DNA of 64,000 bases from Lysobacterales bacterium (GTDB lineage: Bacteria > Pseudomonadota > Gammaproteobacteria > Xanthomonadales > SZUA-5). The position numbers were made by a program, and so were the translations under genes. Within the stretch, counting starts at the first letter, position 1, and every line of letters begins with the position of its first letter. Shown here piece by piece: positions 54,128 to 61,196 of the stretch. Below the pieces are notes generated by a model. It was given only the letters and a program-made list of their open reading frames with translations, made no database searches and was not told the origin of the DNA. The DNA is taken from assembly GCA_041395325.1 (NCBI GenBank), contig JAWLAT010000004.1, positions 230,684 to 294,683 of the forward strand, given 5' to 3'.

Positions 54128-54171
54128 GCTACGAGTTGGCCTTGGGGCGAGATGAGTGATGTGGTCCCTTG

Positions 54172-54320
54172 GGTGAGGCGAGGGCCGAGGGTTCAGGGCC
54201 CAGGGCCCAGCGGTAGCCGAAGCCGAGCCGCGTGACCGGAGCCCTGAGGCAGGCGCAGGAACGCCGAACGGTCAGCAGAGACGAGTTCTTGCTGGGCCCT
54301 GAGCCCTGGGCCCTGTGCCC
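54172..54320. repeat. MITE-like element with heptamer-repeat arms (GAGGGCCGAGGGTTCAGGGCCCAGGGCCCAGC ... GCTGGGCCCTGAGCCCTGGGCCCTGTGCCC)
   Basis: The inverted arms are at 54172-54212 and 54291-54320 and flank about 80 bp. It sits in the intergenic gap between the small gene and the nfeD-like gene, inside the putative operon. Confidence 0.65.
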
Positions 54321-54336
54321 TTCCCATCGAAAGCAC

Positions 54337-54675
54337 TCAATCGTCGCCATCTCGATCTCCCCCGGCAAACGCCACCAACTCCCCCAGCACCCGCTCCTTG
54401 ATCGCCAGGGCGTCATTTGGGTCCAGACCGTAGCGTTCGCCCAGGATCTGGTAGTCGGCGGGTGACAGGCTGACGGTCAGGCGCGGTCGTTTGGCTGGGC
54501 GCGAGACCGGCAGCTGCAGGATCCGACGAATCATGTCCGGCTGTGACAGTTCGGCATCGAAGGCCGCCTTGCGGACCGCGTAGATGACGTGGGCGGAGAC
54601 ATCGAAGGCCACCTGCACGGCCTTCAGCGCCTTCTCGGTGCTGCGCCAGCGTTCCGGGATGCGTTCACTGTGCAT
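54337..54675 (-). CDS. small hypothetical protein (113 aa)
   Basis: The ATG is at 54675 (MHSERIPERWRSTEKALKAVQVAF...) and overlaps the PspA-like stop by 11 nt. Third codon positions show a strong G/C bias. I recognised no family. Confidence 0.5.
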   Translation of the reverse strand: MHSERIPERWRSTEKALKAVQVAFDVSAHVIYAVRKAAFDAELSQPDMIRRILQLPVSRPAKRPRLTVSLSPADYQILGERYGLDPNDALAIKERVLGELVAFAGGDRDGDD

Positions 54676-55213
54676 CGTCGCGCTTCCGTCGCTTGGGCAG
54701 ATCTTCCAGGGTGTCCATGACCGCCTGGGTCCGCTGCTGTCGGAAGCCGGTCTTGCCACCGCGTTTCGGGGCAGGGCGGCGTTCGCGTTCGTGCTCGTCG
54801 GCGGCGCGCGAGGTGGCGGCCGCGCCGATGGCCGTGTCGACCATGTCCAGATCGCGCTGCAACTGCCGCAACTGGGCATCGAGGCGATCGTGCACGGCAC
54901 TGAGTCGCTCGATATGTGCGTCAAAGGTGGCGACCAGCTCGGATTCGTGAGTCAGCGCACGCGCCAGATCGGTCAGCCGTTCGGCATAGCTGGGCTGGCC
55001 CTGCGAGCCGGCGGCCAGCGCTTCCAGATCCTGCTGTGCCCGGCGCATGCGGCGGCGTGCGGCTTCTGCTCGCGCCCGGGCATCGTCCAGTTCGCGGGTG
55101 GTGCGTTCCAGTACGCGCTGCGCCTGACGCAGTTGCTCGGTGCCGGCCAGTTGGCCGCCGTGGTGGGCGGCCTCTTCGCGAAGCAGGTGCAGGATGTCGT
55201 TCCACCAGGCCAC
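54665..55213 (-). CDS. PspA/IM30 (ESCRT-III superfamily) family protein, YjfJ-like
   Basis: It is 182 aa and all-helical coiled-coil (LLREEAAHHGGQLAGTEQLRQAQRVLERTTRELDDARARAEAARRRMRRAQQDLEAL...) with a basic C-terminal tail. It lies immediately downstream of a clear YjfI homologue, as in E. coli yjfI-yjfJ. It has a GTG start. Confidence 0.55.
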   Translation of the reverse strand: MAWWNDILHLLREEAAHHGGQLAGTEQLRQAQRVLERTTRELDDARARAEAARRRMRRAQQDLEALAAGSQGQPSYAERLTDLARALTHESELVATFDAHIERLSAVHDRLDAQLRQLQRDLDMVDTAIGAAATSRAADEHERERRPAPKRGGKTGFRQQRTQAVMDTLEDLPKRRKRDDAQ

Positions 55214-55217
55214 GGCG

Positions 55218-55691
55218 CTACTCCAGAAACTCGGCGAAGGTCAGGCCGGCATCGACGCCGTTGTCGCTCAGCGTGGCCAGCTCCAGTGCCAGGTCGTCAT
55301 CGCTGGAGTCGGGACTCAACGCGCCGAAGAGCACATAGTGACCACCGACGATGCCAAAGGAAGACAGCGGTACGCTGGGATTGAGCGCCAGCATCGTCGC
55401 CATCAGCTCGGCTCGGCGTTCACTGCGGACCGCTTCGGTCTTCCACAGATAGACGATGCAGAGCAGCTGGCTGCCGGCATCGGTCACATAGATGGCATCG
55501 CGGTCCTCGCCGGGGATGCCCACCTCGACCACGGGCACTTCGCCACCCACGCTGTTCAGTTCGATGCCCTCGGTCAGCAGCTTGCGTTGGAGCAGCGGCA
55601 GCACGCGCTGCAACCTCGCGACCAATCGACGTGGCGTTGGCATGGGCCCTCCGCGATCTCGATGACGGGTTGACGGTACGCTGCCCGTCAT
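55218..55691 (-). CDS. YjfI-like protein (DUF2170)
   Basis: The C-terminal block LNPSVPLSSFGIVGGHYVLFGALSPDSSDDDLALELATLSDNGVDAGLTFAEF aligns with E. coli YjfI (MPLSSVGISSVQQEEYYIVFGALS...LVDNALDLAEI). The ATG is at 55691 or 55643. Confidence 0.8.
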   Translation of the reverse strand: MTGSVPSTRHRDRGGPMPTPRRLVARLQRVLPLLQRKLLTEGIELNSVGGEVPVVEVGIPGEDRDAIYVTDAGSQLLCIVYLWKTEAVRSERRAELMATMLALNPSVPLSSFGIVGGHYVLFGALSPDSSDDDLALELATLSDNGVDAGLTFAEFLE

Positions 55692-55694
55692 ATC

Positions 55695-55717
55695 ATGTCA
55701 AGACATTTTATGTCGAC
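55695..55717. promoter_or_regulatory. AT-rich palindrome ATGTCAAGACAT(TTTATGTCGAC) in a divergent promoter region
   Basis: It is the only AT-rich patch in the 200-bp divergent region between the yjfI-like and FG-GAP genes. It contains an inverted repeat ATGTC-AA-GACAT plus a third half-site. Confidence 0.3.
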
Positions 55718-55895
55718 CACGTTCGGGCATCGCTCCAGGCCCATGGGGGCAAGGGGCCGCGGCGCGGAATCGGTTGCTACGTGCCACCCGCGGCCGTGCC
55801 GACGCGTTGGGTCCCGTCAATCTGCCAACCCGCGTGATCCCTGGCGACCCATTGGTACGTACGGGCAAGCATCGCAAACACGGGGATCCCGAAAC

Positions 55896-56945
55896 ATGCA
55901 GCACGAGCAGCCATCCAAAATGTTCTCAATCGCCCTGTTGACCGCACTGGCCGTCACTTCCAGCCCCGCTTGGCCATTGACCCAACTCGTGGCCGGCATG
56001 GATCTCGACGGTGGCAGCATCCATGTGGTCGATCCCGCGACAGGCGGCCTGACACTGGAGCCCTTCGGTGCCGCATTCATGGGCGGTGTCCGCGTGGCGG
56101 CCGGTGACCTCACCGGGGATGGCACGGCCGATCTGATCGTCGGCACCGGCCCGGGCTCTACCGCCAGCGTGCGCGTCATTGACGGCGTCAGCCAGCAGGT
56201 GATCGGCAACCTGATCGAGCCCTACGGTGCCAACTTTCTAGGCGGTGTCTTTGTGGCCGTGGGCGATGTCAATGCCGACGGCATCGTCGACATCATCGCG
56301 GCGCCATCCGACGATGCCGAACCGACGGTCAAGGTCTTTGATGGCGCGACGGGCGCCGAGATCTTCAGTTTTCTGGCCTACGACGCCGCCTTCCGCGGCG
56401 GCGTTCGAGTCGCAGCCGGTGACGTCAATGGCGATGGTCATGCCGACATCATCACCGGTCCGGGCAGTGCCGGCACGACCCACGTCAAGGTGTTTTCTGG
56501 GCGCGATACCACGGAGTTGGCCCAGTTCATCCCGTTCTCGACCCAGTTCATGGGCGGTGTCTTTGTCGGCGCGGGCGACTTTGATGGCGACGGCGATGAC
56601 GATCTGGTCGTGGCCAGCGGTGCCGACCCGGTCGCAGGCGCCGGCGGTGGTCCGCACGTCAAGGTGTTCAATGGCACAGACCTGCAGGTGCTGGCCGATT
56701 TCCGACCCTACGACACGATGTTCACCGGTGGCGTGCGTGTAGCCCTGGGGGACATCGATGGGGACGGCCTGGCCGACATCATCACCGCTCCAGGCGATGA
56801 TGGTCCGCCATTGCTGACCGGCTGGTTGTCGCCGGATGTGAGCAACAATGACGACATGCTGGTCTTCAATCCCGCCTACAGGGGCGGCTTGTTCGTGGCG
56901 GCTTCTGTCGTCACGCCGACGTTGTTGCGGGACAGCTTCGAGTAA
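55896..56945 (+). CDS. secreted FG-GAP/VCBS repeat protein
   Basis: It has a signal peptide (MFSIALLTALAVTSSPAWP) and five repeats of the GDxNGDGxxDI type. Confidence 0.75.
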   Translation: MQHEQPSKMFSIALLTALAVTSSPAWPLTQLVAGMDLDGGSIHVVDPATGGLTLEPFGAAFMGGVRVAAGDLTGDGTADLIVGTGPGSTASVRVIDGVSQQVIGNLIEPYGANFLGGVFVAVGDVNADGIVDIIAAPSDDAEPTVKVFDGATGAEIFSFLAYDAAFRGGVRVAAGDVNGDGHADIITGPGSAGTTHVKVFSGRDTTELAQFIPFSTQFMGGVFVGAGDFDGDGDDDLVVASGADPVAGAGGGPHVKVFNGTDLQVLADFRPYDTMFTGGVRVALGDIDGDGLADIITAPGDDGPPLLTGWLSPDVSNNDDMLVFNPAYRGGLFVAASVVTPTLLRDSFE

Positions 56946-57006
56946 CCGCGCTGGGCAGCGCTGCCATTGACGGGTTCTTGGCCTGCGCAGGTCCATCATC
57001 GCAGGC

Positions 57007-57790
57007 ATGTCGCTGCTCGCCACTGCGGATGGAATCGAGGCCTTGGTTGCCGGTGCCAGCAGCGGTATCGGCCTGGCGCTGGTCGAGCAGTTGCTGCAAT
57101 CCGGTTTCGCCGGCAGCCCCATCGTGCGAGTCCACGCGTTGGCGCGCTCGGTCAACCGGTCTCCTGCACTGTCCAGCCTGCAGGATCGGGTTGGCCCCCG
57201 ACTGCGGCGCTGGGCCGTTGATCTGGCTGATCCGACGGCGATTGATCGCTTCGGTCGGGCGCTGCACTCCGAAGGCGCGCGGTCCAACTTGATCTGCCAC
57301 GCTGCTGCCGTGCTGCATGACGGGGACATGCAACCGGAAAGGAGTGTTGTCCAACTGGATCCCGCTCACCTGCAGCGCGCGCTGATGGTCAATGCCGTGG
57401 CGCCCGTTCTCATGGCTCGAGCCCTTTGGCCGCTGCTGCGAGGGCGCGGGCCGTTGCTGCTGACGGCGCTGTCGGCGAGAGTGGGATCGATCGGAGATAA
57501 CCGGTTGGGCGGCTGGTATGCCTATCGCGCGAGCAAGGCGGCGCTCAATCAGCTGTACAGGACCCTGTCGATCGAACTGGCCCGCGTCAATCCACAGGCC
57601 CTGTTGTCTGCTGCTGCATCCGGGAACCGTGGACACGCCGTTGTCCAGACCGTTCCAGGCTGGCGTGAAACCCAATCGGCTGTTTGCAGCGGAAAGGGCT
57701 GCCGCCCAGTTGCTGAGGCTCCTGCAGGGCGTGGGTACGCAGGACAACGGGCGTTTCCTGGCTTGGGACGGCAGCGACGTGCCCTGGTAG
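57007..57790 (+). pseudogene. SDR family oxidoreductase (CsgA/C-factor-like), frameshifted
   Basis: Frame 1 gives the N-terminal SDR (GASSGIGLAL...YAYRASKAALNQLYRTLSIELAR) up to about 57600. The conserved C-terminus (LLLHPGTVDTPLSRPFQ...FLAWDGSDVPW) continues in the -1 frame (track ORF 57518..57790). An extra T near 57608 (CTGTTGTCTG) would explain it. Confidence 0.7.
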
Positions 57791-57854
57791 ATCCGGAGAG
57801 GGCGTTGGGCTGCTAGATTGCCGCCTTTGTCGAGGTACCAGGAGAACTCGCCGC

Positions 57855-60800
57855 GTGCTGCAGATCTTTCGCAGCAGTCGAATGGAGATGCTGGCTGATC
57901 TACTGGCCGCGCAGTTGCACCGCCATCGGCCGGCATCGGTGTTGGCGCCGCAGACGGTGCTGATCGGGCACCTGGGCATGAAGCGCTGGCTCACCAGTCG
58001 ACTGGCTGAGCAGCGGCTGCCGCAACTGCCGCGCATCGCCGCCAATCTGGACATGCTGTTGCCCGGAGAGTGGCTGGACGAGTTGGCGCGCAGCGTACTG
58101 GGCCGGGCCGCCATGGCCATCGCGCCCTATCGGCGGCCGGCGCTGCGCTGGCGCATTCACAGCCTTCTGGCAGAGCTGGATGATCCTCAGGTGGCGAGCT
58201 ATCTGCGGGGTGAGGACAGCGTCCGCCGCCGCTTTCAGCTGGCCGATCGGCTGGCCGGTCTGTACAGCCAGTATCTGGTCTATCGGCGCGACTGGCTGTT
58301 GCGCTGGGAGCGTGACGAGCGCAGCGGCTTTGCGGTGGCCGGTCACTGGCAGGGCGAGTTGTGGCGGCGCATCGTACTGGACATCGGTCAGGGGCACCGA
58401 GCCCAGCGAATGAACGATCTGCTGGCTGCGCTGCCGCGGATCTCGACCGATCCCGATCAACCGGCGCTGCACGTGTTCGGTCACAGTCACCTGCCGCGGG
58501 ACATCCTGCTGGCACTGCGACAGCTGGCACGCAGCCGGTTGGTGAATATCTACTTTCCCGACCCATGCCGCGAGCTGTGGGAGGACCTGCGGCAGCAGCG
58601 CACGCACTATCTGGCTGGGGACGAGGGTCCCTTCCTGCAGCTGGCTCAGCCGCTGCTGGCCAGTCTGGGCCGGCTGGGGCAGCACCACGCACTGTTGCTC
58701 AACAGCCTGGACGCACACGATGACGATCGCGATCTGCGCGATCGGGAAGCCCGCGAGCAGCCGCAGGACGGTCTGCTGCAGCGGCTGCAGAATGCCATTC
58801 GTACGCTGCAGCCCACGTGGTCAGCACAATCCGACGAGGCGCTGCTGGCTGATGACTCACTGCGGATTCACGCCTGCCACACGCGATTGCGCGAGTTGGA
58901 AGTCCTGAAAGACGTGCTGCTCGACCAGTTGGCTCGTCATCGGGATCTGCAGCCGCGACAGATCGTCGTGATGGCACCGAACATGGCGGCCTATGCACCA
59001 TTGATACCGGCCGTCTTTGGCCAGGCTGGGCGCAGTGGCGGCCTGCTGCCCTACCACCTGGCCGACGTCAGCCTGGGGCGCACGCATCCCCTGCTGACGG
59101 CCTTCATGCAACTGCTGGATCTGCCCGGCGAGCGGATTTCGCGCTCGCAGGTGCTGGCATTGCTGGGTCTGCCGGCCGTGATGCGTCGACTGGGCCTGGA
59201 CGAATCCCAGCTGGCGGCGATCGAGCGCTGGCTGGTACGCAGTCAGGTGGCCTGGGGGCTGGATGGGCCCATGAAGGCCGATTTTGGCGCGGCGCCCGTG
59301 GCCGACAACAGCTTTGCCTTCGGCTTTGATCGCATGGCCAGCGGCTTTCTGCTTGGCCAGGTGCCGCCGGAGCAGTTGCTCGATGGCATGCTGCCGGCCG
59401 CGCCCGTCGCCGGGCCGGACGCACAGGCACTCGGGCCGCTATGGGCACTGCTGGAATTGCTCGCCGACTGGCGCGCGCAGTGCGCACATCCACGTCGACT
59501 GAGTGAATGGTCCTGGAGTCTGCAGGACTGGATCGAGCGCCTGTTCCAGGCCGATTGGCAGGACGACGAAGAGCAGTCCGCGCTGGCCGCACTGGACCGT
59601 GCCGTCATGGCACTGCGAGTGGAGAGTGAGCAGGCGGGCTGTGATCCCCAGGTCGAATGGCCGGTGGTCCAGCAGGCGCTGTTGCAGAGCCTGGAGACAG
59701 TACCGGAGCGACAGGCTTTTCTGGCCGGCGGTATCACCTTTTGCGGCATGGTGCCGCAACGCGCCATTCCTTTCGAGGTGGTGGCGCTGCTGGGCCTCAA
59801 CGATGGCGAGTTTCCACGCAGCAGCGCCGATGCCGGGCTGGACCTGCTGTTGCGCCACCCACGCGTGGGCGATCGGGCCAGCCGCAGCGAGGATCGCTAT
59901 CTGTTCCTGGAAGCGCTGATGAGTGCACGCAGGGCGCTGCATCTGAGCTGGGTGGGGCAGGGCGTGCAGGATGGCAAGCCGCGCAATCCGGCGCTGCCGC
60001 TGGCCGAGCTGCTGCGTCAGCTCGACCGTGCGCATGGCCTGGAAGGCGCTGCTGCGAAGGGCGAGCGCCCCTGGTTGTTGCGCCATGCCTTGCAACCCTT
60101 CGATGCCCGCTATTTCGATTCAACCGACCCAAGTTGGTTCTCCTATTCCGCCGAGTTCGCTGCGACCCAAGCCGATCCGCAGCGCCTGCCGTGGGCCTTC
60201 CTGCGCGACGCGCCGGCCTTGCCGCAGGTGGCGACCGCACAGACCGTGGCGCTGGAAGATCTGTGCGAGTTTCTGGCGCGACCGGCGCAATGGCTGTGCC
60301 TGAATGCGCTGGGACTGTCGCGCTCGGCGCTGGAGGATGAGCAGCACGGCGATCAAGAGCCGTTGACCCGCGATCGCGACCCCCGCGACGACACGCCCGT
60401 GCAGCTGTTGTGGCAGGCGCTGCACGATGGGCTCGATCAGATCCCGCTCGACCCGCCCGTGCACCTGCGCCAATCCGGTCAACTGGCCGCCGGCTGGGTG
60501 GGCGATCAGGCCTATGCCGAGTTGCGTGAGCAGGCGCAGGCGCTGCTCGACGGGCTGCGCGCGTTGCCGCCGTTCGCAGAAGGCGCACCGCTGCCCGATC
60601 CGCAGGCCATTGATTTGACACTCGATGGCATTCGTCTGGTTGGCCAGGTGCCCGACGTCTACCGAGCCGAGTCGGCGCGCTGGCTGGTGCGGGTGGTCAA
60701 CAGCGCCCAGGCGGACTTCGGCAAGTTGCTTCCCCTGTATGCGCAATGGGCGGCGTTGCGCCTGTCGCGGCCTGACGAAGACAGTGCCGTGGCCTTGTTG

Positions 60801-61196
60801 CAGCCAGACGGCGAACGACCTCCTGGCAGTCAGCGCAATGACTGGGTGAAGGCCTTTCCACATTCCCTCGAATCTCTGCGGGCGGGCCTGCTTGGGCTGG
60901 TGCAGGAGTACCGCCAGGCCGAACAGACCGCTGGCCGCTATTTCCCGCGCAGCAGCCATGCCGCGGCGAAGGCCCTGGCCAGCGGCAAGGAGCCCTTGGC
61001 CGCCGCTCGCAAGACCTGGCGTAGCCCGTTTGTCGACGCCGGCGAGGCCGACTACGCGCCGGGCTACAACCAGATGCTGGGCGGCGACGAGACCTTTCTC
61101 GCCCCTGGCACTGCCGGCGCGGCCGACTTCATCGAACGGGCACGACGCTATCTGCGCTGGCTGGGCATGAATGCCGGTTCGGGCTCCGCGTCATGA
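57855..61196 (+). CDS. recC: exodeoxyribonuclease V gamma subunit
   Basis: It is 1113 aa. Its N-terminus (MLQIFRSSRMEMLADLL) matches the RecC pattern (MLRVYHSNRLDVL). Confidence 0.85.
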   Translation: MLQIFRSSRMEMLADLLAAQLHRHRPASVLAPQTVLIGHLGMKRWLTSRLAEQRLPQLPRIAANLDMLLPGEWLDELARSVLGRAAMAIAPYRRPALRWRIHSLLAELDDPQVASYLRGEDSVRRRFQLADRLAGLYSQYLVYRRDWLLRWERDERSGFAVAGHWQGELWRRIVLDIGQGHRAQRMNDLLAALPRISTDPDQPALHVFGHSHLPRDILLALRQLARSRLVNIYFPDPCRELWEDLRQQRTHYLAGDEGPFLQLAQPLLASLGRLGQHHALLLNSLDAHDDDRDLRDREAREQPQDGLLQRLQNAIRTLQPTWSAQSDEALLADDSLRIHACHTRLRELEVLKDVLLDQLARHRDLQPRQIVVMAPNMAAYAPLIPAVFGQAGRSGGLLPYHLADVSLGRTHPLLTAFMQLLDLPGERISRSQVLALLGLPAVMRRLGLDESQLAAIERWLVRSQVAWGLDGPMKADFGAAPVADNSFAFGFDRMASGFLLGQVPPEQLLDGMLPAAPVAGPDAQALGPLWALLELLADWRAQCAHPRRLSEWSWSLQDWIERLFQADWQDDEEQSALAALDRAVMALRVESEQAGCDPQVEWPVVQQALLQSLETVPERQAFLAGGITFCGMVPQRAIPFEVVALLGLNDGEFPRSSADAGLDLLLRHPRVGDRASRSEDRYLFLEALMSARRALHLSWVGQGVQDGKPRNPALPLAELLRQLDRAHGLEGAAAKGERPWLLRHALQPFDARYFDSTDPSWFSYSAEFAATQADPQRLPWAFLRDAPALPQVATAQTVALEDLCEFLARPAQWLCLNALGLSRSALEDEQHGDQEPLTRDRDPRDDTPVQLLWQALHDGLDQIPLDPPVHLRQSGQLAAGWVGDQAYAELREQAQALLDGLRALPPFAEGAPLPDPQAIDLTLDGIRLVGQVPDVYRAESARWLVRVVNSAQADFGKLLPLYAQWAALRLSRPDEDSAVALLQPDGERPPGSQRNDWVKAFPHSLESLRAGLLGLVQEYRQAEQTAGRYFPRSSHAAAKALASGKEPLAAARKTWRSPFVDAGEADYAPGYNQMLGGDETFLAPGTAGAADFIERARRYLRWLGMNAGSGSAS

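Noticed and set aside
56238-58718. Minus-strand ORFs 56238..57329, 56911..57936 and 57900..58718 overlapping the FG-GAP, SDR and recC genes
   Set aside because: They overlap plus-strand genes that have clear repeat and enzyme signatures and have low-complexity composition.
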